From Candidatus Thorarchaeota archaeon (GTDB taxonomy: Archaea > Asgardarchaeota > Heimdallarchaeia > Hodarchaeales > Hodarchaeaceae), in assembly GCA_048882505.1 (NCBI GenBank), contig JBHLRO010000005.1:150001-182000 (forward strand): a stretch of 32,000 bases of DNA, written 5' to 3'. Position numbers and translations under genes: made by a program. Numbering within the stretch: the stretch's first letter is position 1; each line of letters opens with the position of its first letter. Positions 1 through 8,764 of this stretch are shown here, one piece after another. The notes under the pieces are model-generated. The model did not search any database and was not told where the DNA came from. It was given only the letters and a program-made list of their open reading frames with translations.

Positions 1-1
1 G

Positions 2-1318
2 AGCAAGCTTCTGTTTTGGCATGGAAAGGTTCCAAAAACCATAGCCAGCAGAAATATAGGACGGCAGTCTCAGAAATCTGTTGTTACTATAATGGTGACA
101 GCACTTGCCCTTTCGTTTATTCTGACAATTGGAATTGTATCTGCTGCAATAATTGATACTGTTCCGAAGTACTACGACGAGCAATTCGGAAAGATAGATA
201 TCGTTGCACAAACAACTGATGACGCCCAGGTCTCCATATCTTTTGCCCAGGAACTGGTTGAGGATAACTCTCTTATTGAACGCGCAGCCTTCTTACAACA
301 ACAACGCACTCTGATTAATAATATTGAAGCGTCTGTCCTCGGAGTCAACCCCGAGACATATGGTTATTTTTTTATTGATAATATTTTGTTACCGGCAGAT
401 CCGCAAGTAGCCGAACTACTAAATGCCTCTACGAACAGTGTCATAATAAGTGATCTTCTTCTTGTCAGGATAGGTGCACGAATCGGAGAAAACATTACCG
501 TTATGACTTCGCAAAACCGGTCACTAGAAGTAGTTATAAAGGGTATTACCTCTGGAAATCCGTTTTTATTACACGGTAACTATATTTATTGCTCGTATTC
601 GCTATTTCAACAGTATTGGTATAATGAAACCGCAAACTGGTTTATTATGTCGACTGTAGAAACCGATATACCTCTGAATACCATTACCGATAGTTTATCT
701 AACAAATATTCTGCATTCAGCGAGGTCATAGGGGTTGATTTCTATTCCCAGCTTATTGAAAACTCGTTGATTATCCAGCGAGGTTTCTTCCAAGTTCTGT
801 TCATTCACACCTTTCTTCTTTCAGGCTTAGCCCAGTTTGTATCAATATTAGTAACCACTTTGAATATGGAGAGGGAAGTGGGGATATTAAGGGCATTGGG
901 GTTGTACAAGAGGGAAGTGTTCACCACTTTTCTTGCGGAATCAACTCTACTCGGAATATCTGGAGTTGTTATAGGTGTAATCAACGGTATCATCGGATCA
1001 GAACTTCTCTCTTGGTACATTAGCTTATCTATTCCCATTCAAACATCAGTTACATTCAATAGTCCCTTTATAATCTACTGGGCTCTATTCTCTCTCTCCA
1101 TAACAATTGCGAGTACTGTGGCACCCAGTTACAGGGCATCACGACGGAATATCGCTAATGCTATCAATTATTACGCGCCTATCCGCAAATCTGTCATCCT
1201 AGTTATATGGGAAGGCTGGGATGGTTATATTGATGATTATCTCGTACAAAGGGACGAATCAGTTCGATCGAATCTTCTTCGCATTTTCTCTAAAGGGAAA
1301 AAGAAGAAAACCCAATGA
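2..1318 (+). CDS. FtsX/MacB-type ABC transporter permease, 5'-truncated at window edge
   Basis: The frame is open from position 2 (SKLLFWHGKVPKTIASRNIGRQSQKSVVTIM...), so ATG 92 is internal. It has the FtsX motif 'MEREVGILRALGL...FLAES', four TM segments and an extracellular domain with N-x-S/T sequons. The layout matches the second half of the permease at 19284-21770. Confidence 0.9.
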   Translation, partial: SKLLFWHGKVPKTIASRNIGRQSQKSVVTIMVTALALSFILTIGIVSAAIIDTVPKYYDEQFGKIDIVAQTTDDAQVSISFAQELVEDNSLIERAAFLQQQRTLINNIEASVLGVNPETYGYFFIDNILLPADPQVAELLNASTNSVIISDLLLVRIGARIGENITVMTSQNRSLEVVIKGITSGNPFLLHGNYIYCSYSLFQQYWYNETANWFIMSTVETDIPLNTITDSLSNKYSAFSEVIGVDFYSQLIENSLIIQRGFFQVLFIHTFLLSGLAQFVSILVTTLNMEREVGILRALGLYKREVFTTFLAESTLLGISGVVIGVINGIIGSELLSWYISLSIPIQTSVTFNSPFIIYWALFSLSITIASTVAPSYRASRRNIANAINYYAPIRKSVILVIWEGWDGYIDDYLVQRDESVRSNLLRIFSKGKKKKTQ

Positions 1319-1732
1319 TAAAAATAACCCGAAACAAGTCAATATTAAACATCAGATAATCAAATGCTATTCCCACTAAGTAGTAGAATATTCTGCTTAG
1401 GAAATCTTATGGGTCACGAACCATAAGGAGATTTAATCACCATGTTTGGGCCCTCTTGAATCGTTTGGTGATTCAGAGGTGGTTCTCCGAAGGAAGCTCT
1501 AATTAGTACTAAAATGTCATGATTGAATATCAGAATTGAATTTGTGGCTTGAAACTTAAATAAGGGAATTGAACCTGAAAAATCGCTTTGGGATAAGTTT
1601 GTAGAATACCAACACAAAGCCAAAGCCTGCAATTTTACGAATTATGCTGTAATGATCATAATTTGGGTTCCGTTCCTACTTTATCAAGAAATCCGACTGT
1701 TAAAAACGGATCAAAGCCGAGTTTTCGTTTTA

Positions 1733-2461
1733 CTAAGGTAGCTTGAATGCTCGAAGCGTATCTCCTATCCAATCGGCAAAAGTAAGACTCTCATTAAGAA
1801 TTCGATTAACCTGAACCTCATATTCTTCCGCTGCGGTCTGTGTAGGTATAATCAAGAAGGCCTCTTTATTTTCGATTGTTTGTAACCTTACCATTGGTTT
1901 TTCTATTCTTGATGCGTCATCTGCTGTAGCCAATTCAAGTTCCAGAAGAAACAGGAAATCTCGAACTTTTATGTTCTCGAATCCATATTTCACCATATCG
2001 TTCTCTGGAGATAAATCGAGTAATACACGGCTCCATTCGAAAATCCAGTATTCATCTGTGAACCAGTGCTCTAAATACTCTTTTTGTCTAGCACGGATTT
2101 CGCTTAAAACAACCAGGTAGCGTATCATAGCTGAACGAACCCTTTTCATCAGATCAAGGCCGGGGTAATCATATAGTTCGTTCAGTCTTGCTCTTTCTTG
2201 ACTTAGAAGAACCATTATCTTCACAAGCTCTTCTAATTCATTTTCTGAATCTATTGGAACGTATTCTGAGATCTTCTCAAGCCATTCAATTCTTTTTCTA
2301 ATTTCCTCCGGGCTAGACGCTTTTCCCGTCACTTTGGATAATATTCTTTCTACCAATTGGTGATCATGTATTAATCTCTTGTCTTCCTCGCGGTCCATTC
2401 TGCGTTTAAGGAATAACCTTTCAATTCCGACAATGGCCACTTTGTGTTTATCTACATCCAT
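1733..2461 (-). CDS. Hypothetical soluble, mostly alpha-helical protein (242 aa)
   Basis: Long ATG-started ORF with protein-like charged and amphipathic composition. No motif recognised. Confidence 0.75.
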   Translation of the reverse strand: MDVDKHKVAIVGIERLFLKRRMDREEDKRLIHDHQLVERILSKVTGKASSPEEIRKRIEWLEKISEYVPIDSENELEELVKIMVLLSQERARLNELYDYPGLDLMKRVRSAMIRYLVVLSEIRARQKEYLEHWFTDEYWIFEWSRVLLDLSPENDMVKYGFENIKVRDFLFLLELELATADDASRIEKPMVRLQTIENKEAFLIIPTQTAAEEYEVQVNRILNESLTFADWIGDTLRAFKLP

Positions 2462-2995
2462 GTATAAATCCGCCTGATTTGCTTAAACTTTACTAGAAGG
2501 AGACAACCTCATTAAATTCGATAGGTTAATGTGTTTTCGATGTTTTAATTACCCCTTAAGCTTAAACATAAATTATTTTTGATCTTGACAGGAAGGTCAC
2601 CCTTCTAGGATTGAAAATCCATTGACGGATTAATTTCATCTAAAGAACAAATTCTTCTGATCAGATTTGACTGCCAATCACGAAATTACCATGGATTAGC
2701 TTTATAAGGAAAAGTCAATCCATGATCCCTCCCATAGGAAAAGAAATTTTTTAAAACGATTTTTTCGCTCCCCAATAAACTTGTACGAAAATTTCTTTGA
2801 TATTGGATTTGCATTTCTGCTTGGAATAACAGTAGTTGATTTGTTTTTTGGAAATCGCTACTAGGAAGCGTCGAAGGATAATCACGTATACTAATCCAAG
2901 GAAGAGCATAAATAATCTGGTACCTTTTGAATAGTAATTCTAGATGATTTAAATTCTGAGAGGAAATACATTCTAGATGATGGAGTATCGGCGTC

Positions 2996-5900
2996 ATGGA
3001 TATCGAGGCCCAAATTAAGAACCTGGAAAAACTTGAAAAAAAGAAAAAATGGGTGGACGCGAGCAAAAGAGCCTCCATAATCGCCGAATATTACACAAGG
3101 CAACAAGACTACTCTGAAGCCCTTGGGTTTTATGAACGTGCCCTAAATTCTGAGAAAAAAACAAAAAACGCTGGCGCCGTCATCGTATTATATCGAAACC
3201 TAATAAGTAACGCTCGAAAAGGGCGAAAAAAGACACAAAGACAGCTTTTCCGGTACGCTGCGGCGGCCATTCCTATTGTAGAAGAGTATCTAAAGGTGTT
3301 GGAAGAAAAAGGGAAGTACCTCACACCACATGGCGCCCAAATTCACTATTTCTTGGGAGAATGTCGAGAAATAGCGACGGGAGTTGGACAACGGAATAAG
3401 GAATTTTTACAGGCGGGCCAGATATTCATTAAGGTGGGGGAGATGCTTGCGAACCAGACAAAGACCTTACAGAAATCAATTGAAGCATTTGAGAAAGCTC
3501 GTGCGATCTTTGAAATTGTCCAATCCAAAGAAGACATTTTCCAATCCTACCTGATTGAGGCCAAAATTAATGTAGATATGGGAACAGAAGATACCCTGAA
3601 ACGAGGCTTTTACCTATTCGAACAAGCGAAGGGGATTTTTGACGATGATGACCATCTGGGGAAGGTTGTGAGTGTTGAGAAAGATGTTTATGCGACTTTA
3701 GGTTTGAATTTACTCAGGAATCAATTCCCTAATGAAGAAAAGAGAAACCTGGCGGAGATGCTTCTGGTCAAATCTAAAGAGGCACATTTCTCAGCCAGGT
3801 CTTTGAGTGAGTTTACTGAGATCTTACTAGAGAAAGCACACATTTATCAACGTAATCAAGATAGTGAGACAGCTTTCCAGCTTTATGATGAAATAATTCA
3901 GAATGCACAACTTGTCGGAGATGAGGCAACACCACGAAAGATCATCGAGGAGCTATACGATCGGGGGAAACAATTAACTGACCATGTGACCAATAATGCC
4001 TCAAAGTATGATTTTACGGAAATCGAGAATCTTCCCCCATTAATGTATTTTAATAAAGCGGAGGAAATATGTAAAAAACTTGATATGGGCTCGGAAGCCG
4101 AAGAGATTGCCTTTTTCATCTGGAAAACGGGCATGGAATTACTGGAAAAAGGGGTAATCCATGATGATCCGTCATTCCTGAAGAAGGTGGTGGCAATCCT
4201 AATTTCACACTCTAGAGTTAGTGGGATTCAGAAAATTGGGGACAGTCTTGAACAGCGAATCTTGGAGTTTGCTCATGGTGGAAAATTGAATAAAATGGAA
4301 TCACTAAGGGGCTTCCTAGCGCAATCCTATAATGCAATAGGAGACCCAGGCAGTACAGGATGGCTGAACACTAAAGTTGCGGAAATTTATTGTAAAATGC
4401 AAAATCATGAAAGGCAAATTTCTCTCCTAGAAGAGGCCTATGCCGCGTTTAATCAAACCGGCCAAGACTCAATGAAGGAATTCGCCTCAGCGGTAAATGA
4501 TCAGTTCAATGCAGTAGAGCCGGACGTGTTTAAGAGAGAGCTTCGAGAGCTCCTGGGCCGAGTTTACCTTTATATTAATGATGAGGACTCTTATGATTCG
4601 CTATATGCGCTCCAAGCCCTGGATTATGTTCAGAAAGGAGATTATACAGAAGGTTATAGCCTACATAAACTGAATATTTCATTTCTTTTGCAAACTAATA
4701 GAATTTCCCGTGCCTTAAGGCGCATAGAGGAGATCTCTTCAGTTTTACTTGCTGAAGGGCAGATTCAGTTTGCGCTTGAGGTTTTGACGCAACAAACGAA
4801 CATATTGATTGAATCACAGACAACTCAAGATCTGATTTTGGAAACTATCAAGAATTATGAGGAACTTATCATTTCATTAACAGATGATACTTCTCGTAAC
4901 ATGGAGTTTATTACGGCCTTAATGGCGAATATTTCAAAGCTTTATCAGTATTTAGGGCTCATAGAAGCTCAAGGAGACGCTTTATTCGAACTGGCCGTAA
5001 AACTTATGGATAAAAATGAAGAAGATATGGCGCTAAACCTTTTGATGAGCGCGTATAAGCATTTTGCTAGAGAGGGAGTGATCGAAAAATGCGGTATGGT
5101 TCTTGATTTTATAAACGATAAGAAAGAGGAATCCTTATCGCAGAATGACTTTAATCTTACAGATAAATATCTAAAGTTCCTTGTAACCGCTCTTAGTGAA
5201 CTAAATCAATTTTCTGAAGCAAGTAAATTGACAGTGACGCGAGCTAGAAACCATATCGCTAGCGAGCCAGAAGAGGCGTTTAATCTCTTTGAAGAAGCAA
5301 AAGCTCTATCACAAAAGGAAAATGTATCCGATGAGGTTCGTTTCGAGATTTTTCAGGAATTTGGATCTGCATTGCTAACCCACGGTTTGATTGAACGTGG
5401 ATTATCAGTATTAGAGGAAATTCAAGTTGCCAGCGGAATGGATTCCCTCGCAATCGCAGACACCTGTCTCAACGTAGCGGAAGAACGCTTTGAAGTCCAA
5501 GACTTCGATACGCATTTTATTTTGATAGATCGTGCTCTTACGCTTTATTCAGACCTGGAAATGTTCAAAGATGCATCATCAATCGCATTAGCAGAAGCTC
5601 GTAAGTTATGGACGGTGGGAAACCTACCCTACACCATTATTTATCTTGAACGTTCATTTGCCCCTCTCGCGGCCATCTATGATGAGAAACTTGGAGAAAC
5701 TATTAAACCGATACTTCGGGCTACAGAAGAATTTATTGCCGACCTTTTTAACCAAGAGATGTTTGATGAAGTTTTAGGTTTCATCGAGTTCCAGGAACGG
5801 ATTTATAATCAGCTAAACTGGGCGGATAAAGTTGTTGAAGTAGAGCGCTTGAAGATTAACGCGCATATTGGCAAGGGTAATCTAGATATGGCAGTTTCAA

Positions 5901-6922
5901 AAATAAATGACCTTACAGCACTTGGAGAAAGAGGGGAAAGCGTACCTAAACTTCTAGCCCTTATTGAAGATACCTTCCCCGCCTTTGTGAAGCAAATTCC
6001 AACCGAAACGCAAAACGTTTTGGAGAAATATATCAGAATCAGTCTTGAAACAGTTGGGGAACGTGAAAACCGTGTTATCAAACTTATTGATATTTACCAC
6101 AAGATGGTTCTACAAACGTTATCGATGGGAGATCAACAATTAATTAGACAACAGTTAAACCTTTTTTTTAACGCATTAAAGAATGTCAAGGGTACTGAAA
6201 ACCTCATAGTACATTTTATTGCCCGTTTTTGTCAGGAAACAGCACCAATTGAACTCACCGGGATATTCTTGGAGCAGATGGATGAAAATCTCCATTATGT
6301 AAAATCACTTTCCTCCAGTCATCTCTCCAAGATAATTCGTCAGATATGTATATTATTGGAAGAGGAAATCACCTATTCCAGAAACAACAATATCAAAAGC
6401 CTTTACATCATAAATAAGCTCATCCCGAATCTTCTCGAGAAAGATAGAGGTGCAATACGCAATATAATCCTAAATATTGCAAGAAAAGCTCGAGGAAATT
6501 CTCAAATCTCCGAGCACATCGTGGAAACTATGATTAGCACAGCTCAAAAGACAGGAGATAATATCTTTCTTCTATATATAATGTACGAGAAGATCCAAGA
6601 TGAATTAATGAAGCAAGAGTACCCTATGGCCTTCAATCGTTTCGATAACGTGGTTTCGATCCTAAAAGACATTAAGGAACCTCGGGTACTTGCCCAGAAG
6701 TATGTAGAGTTGCTCGACCAAGTTCTTTTAGATTTAGCGCGCCAGAAAAAGCAAAAATGGGTAGATTTACTAACAACAAAACGACAAACTCTGGTCAAGC
6801 AGTTTTTAGAAAAGGAAGAATCTGGTTTTTCTGAATTTACTGATAAGGAACTGCCTGACAACCCAACAGATGATATGGTTGAGTTTTCTGAGGGAAAGAT
6901 TCGAAAACAGGGAGGGGATTAA
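2996..6922 (+). CDS. Large TPR-like/alpha-SNAP-like helical repeat protein (1308 aa)
   Basis: Recurrent helix-pair motifs such as 'EALGFYERAL', 'SIEAFEKARAIF', 'GFYLFEQAKGIF', 'ISLLEEAYAAF', 'ALNLLMSAYKHF' and 'EAFNLFEEAKAL'. No TM segment or P-loop. Acidic low-complexity C-terminal tail. Confidence 0.75.
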   Translation: MDIEAQIKNLEKLEKKKKWVDASKRASIIAEYYTRQQDYSEALGFYERALNSEKKTKNAGAVIVLYRNLISNARKGRKKTQRQLFRYAAAAIPIVEEYLKVLEEKGKYLTPHGAQIHYFLGECREIATGVGQRNKEFLQAGQIFIKVGEMLANQTKTLQKSIEAFEKARAIFEIVQSKEDIFQSYLIEAKINVDMGTEDTLKRGFYLFEQAKGIFDDDDHLGKVVSVEKDVYATLGLNLLRNQFPNEEKRNLAEMLLVKSKEAHFSARSLSEFTEILLEKAHIYQRNQDSETAFQLYDEIIQNAQLVGDEATPRKIIEELYDRGKQLTDHVTNNASKYDFTEIENLPPLMYFNKAEEICKKLDMGSEAEEIAFFIWKTGMELLEKGVIHDDPSFLKKVVAILISHSRVSGIQKIGDSLEQRILEFAHGGKLNKMESLRGFLAQSYNAIGDPGSTGWLNTKVAEIYCKMQNHERQISLLEEAYAAFNQTGQDSMKEFASAVNDQFNAVEPDVFKRELRELLGRVYLYINDEDSYDSLYALQALDYVQKGDYTEGYSLHKLNISFLLQTNRISRALRRIEEISSVLLAEGQIQFALEVLTQQTNILIESQTTQDLILETIKNYEELIISLTDDTSRNMEFITALMANISKLYQYLGLIEAQGDALFELAVKLMDKNEEDMALNLLMSAYKHFAREGVIEKCGMVLDFINDKKEESLSQNDFNLTDKYLKFLVTALSELNQFSEASKLTVTRARNHIASEPEEAFNLFEEAKALSQKENVSDEVRFEIFQEFGSALLTHGLIERGLSVLEEIQVASGMDSLAIADTCLNVAEERFEVQDFDTHFILIDRALTLYSDLEMFKDASSIALAEARKLWTVGNLPYTIIYLERSFAPLAAIYDEKLGETIKPILRATEEFIADLFNQEMFDEVLGFIEFQERIYNQLNWADKVVEVERLKINAHIGKGNLDMAVSKINDLTALGERGESVPKLLALIEDTFPAFVKQIPTETQNVLEKYIRISLETVGERENRVIKLIDIYHKMVLQTLSMGDQQLIRQQLNLFFNALKNVKGTENLIVHFIARFCQETAPIELTGIFLEQMDENLHYVKSLSSSHLSKIIRQICILLEEEITYSRNNNIKSLYIINKLIPNLLEKDRGAIRNIILNIARKARGNSQISEHIVETMISTAQKTGDNIFLLYIMYEKIQDELMKQEYPMAFNRFDNVVSILKDIKEPRVLAQKYVELLDQVLLDLARQKKQKWVDLLTTKRQTLVKQFLEKEESGFSEFTDKELPDNPTDDMVEFSEGKIRKQGGD

Positions 6923-7043
6923 TATCAAAACAATATTAATAAAAGGGAGCTACGTCGTCATAGAAAATATCTCATTCTATGATCTTACATCCCTGATGAT
7001 GTCCGCAAATCTTTTGATCAACTCTTAAGCAGGTTTACCTCTT

Positions 7044-7517
7044 ATGTCTGACAATTATACCCTCTGGATGGCACAAGAACTGAAAAAATTAATCGACGTA
7101 ATTGCTAATGGTGCGAATCCAGACAGTGATCAATTCATCACGCAGCTGGCGGAAGTTCGACGCGGCCTCGAATATGGTAGGAAGGTTCCCGGAAGTATCA
7201 ATGATTTATTGTTACGAATGGGCCAGAATTTTATTGACTATCTAAGGGTTTATAGGAAGCAACAAAAACGAGCACGTCCGCCTGGGGTTCCTCCCGGGGG
7301 TCGTCCCACAATTCTCACAGGCGGAACCCCACAGGGAATGCCAGCACCACCTGGATTTCCACAATCGACGACCGCAGAATCGCTTTCGGTACCTTCCGAA
7401 GAAAACCCCACCTTTGATGTTGAAGAGCTTAAAGGAGCCCTAGCCTCACGTAAAAAGAAAAAGGTAGAATCTAATATGAAAGGGTCCTTAGATCTTCTCA
7501 AGGAATACGATGAATAA
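7044..7517 (+). CDS. Hypothetical protein: N-terminal helical bundle, Pro/Gly-rich linker, basic amphipathic C-terminal helix (157 aa)
   Basis: ATG start. Residues 79-106 contain 10 Pro and 7 Gly. The C-terminus is FDVEELKGALASRKKKKVESNMKGSLDLLKEYDE. Confidence 0.75.
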   Translation: MSDNYTLWMAQELKKLIDVIANGANPDSDQFITQLAEVRRGLEYGRKVPGSINDLLLRMGQNFIDYLRVYRKQQKRARPPGVPPGGRPTILTGGTPQGMPAPPGFPQSTTAESLSVPSEENPTFDVEELKGALASRKKKKVESNMKGSLDLLKEYDE

Positions 7518-7535
7518 TAAGAAATATCGTTTAAT

Positions 7536-8063
7536 TCAAGTTTTTTCCCAATTAGCCAATACTCGTTCAATCTGGCTTTCTAGATCCTTTAGAGATTCAT
7601 TGTTTATCACAACTTGGTCCACGGGTATCTCTCGAACCTGTGTTTCAGTCAGATGATTACTCCAGCGTTTCCAATCATCCTCAGCGATTACCGCGTTTTC
7701 TCTAAAACCGATCCTCTTCTTACGAATTTGCTCTTCTGACTCCAACCGCAGGAATTTGAATCCTAGCGGCTTCAGATACGTATATTCATTCAGTCTTCTT
7801 ATATCATCGACAACAATTGAACCATGAGTCTCCTTAATACGTTCACCCAAGTATCGTACCCAGACATCATCATCAAATTCCCTCATAAATTTCCCTATTC
7901 CTTGAAGAAAGTCTCGGGTCGGTTCTAGTTTAAGTTCAAACGCGATTTCCCTCATTTTCCCCGAAATTCGTAACAGGGTGAAATTGTACCTTCTTACAAA
8001 TATCAGAGCTGCGGCTGTTTTACCACTACCCATAAGACCTGTTATTCCTATCAATTTTCGCAT
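7536..8063 (-). CDS. P-loop nucleotide kinase (dephospho-CoA kinase-like / NMP kinase family)
   Basis: N-terminal Walker A 'LIGITGLMGSGKT' and 'VVDDIRRLNE'. The ATG at 8063 (MRKLIG) is preferred over the TTG at 8090. Substrate not determinable. Confidence 0.8.
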   Translation of the reverse strand: MRKLIGITGLMGSGKTAAALIFVRRYNFTLLRISGKMREIAFELKLEPTRDFLQGIGKFMREFDDDVWVRYLGERIKETHGSIVVDDIRRLNEYTYLKPLGFKFLRLESEEQIRKKRIGFRENAVIAEDDWKRWSNHLTETQVREIPVDQVVINNESLKDLESQIERVLANWEKT

Positions 8064-8395
8064 TCTATTCAACTCAGACACAAAAGTCAATTATCTGTAC
8101 TTCTTGGGGCTTTCCTCTGATCTGATAACTTGAAATTGCGAAATTCCTGAAACTAGACAAATAATCAAACTTTCTTGGATAATTTGGCCTTATATTGGCC
8201 TTTAAACAGGGAAATAGGTGTCCGTATTTTAATTTGTCACTAAAATGTTTATTAATTTATTATTATCTTTCGTGATTCGACTTTAAAACGGATCTATGGT
8301 TTTAAAGCCTTCTAAAACATCAGATTATAAACAATAATAACTAAAAAATGGCTTAATTTGTCATAACATAGAGAACTTTTTAGTGGTGACGTTAA

Positions 8396-8740
8396 ATGGA
8401 TGAGAGGTCTAAGGAACAATTATCACGGGATATCCTTGAACAACGCCGACAGATTGAAGGTTATGAGATCACCACAAAGGCCGAAAAATTGGCAGCGCGC
8501 CAACGCGTAGCGGACGAAATACATCGCGCTGAAAGTAAGGCCCGCGAAAGATTTGAGAACGAAAGAGCCAAACTGCAGAATACTAAGGAGAAGTTCTTAG
8601 CTACTGCCAAAGATCACTTTCAAACACTGTTGGGAGAGATAAATGACAAAGAGGAGGAAAAAATGACAGAATTTAAAGATCGGTTTAGGGAAAGAGAGAA
8701 TACCGTCTTGGAAAAGCTCCTCCAATTGATTTTACCCTAA
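8396..8740 (+). CDS. atpH: A/V-type ATP synthase subunit H (G-like peripheral stalk)
   Basis: 114-aa highly charged coiled-coil protein directly upstream of subunit I, the usual position in archaeal H-I-K-E-C-F-A-B-D operons. Confidence 0.75.
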   Translation: MDERSKEQLSRDILEQRRQIEGYEITTKAEKLAARQRVADEIHRAESKARERFENERAKLQNTKEKFLATAKDHFQTLLGEINDKEEEKMTEFKDRFRERENTVLEKLLQLILP

Positions 8741-8764
8741 ACACATTCATAGGTGTAGATCCTC

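Noticed and set aside
1414-1632. 72-aa minus-strand ORF in the first intergenic gap
   Set aside because: TTG start, no recognisable motif or SD, and length compatible with chance.
2781-2864. Possible 27-aa hydrophobic peptide (MYENFFDIGFAFLLGITVVDLFFGNRY)
   Set aside because: TTG start with no SD or clear promoter, and an Asp inside the hydrophobic stretch. AT-rich DNA yields such peptides by chance.
2686-3106. Minus-strand ORFs 2686-3078 and 2891-3106
   Set aside because: They overlap the start of the 1308-aa gene, and their Phe runs mirror its Lys codons.
6954-7051. Possible frameshifted N-terminal extension of the 157-aa protein (…ENISFYDLTS / PDDVRKSFDQLLSRFTSY…)
   Set aside because: It would need two separate frameshifts, and ATG 7044 already gives a coherent protein.
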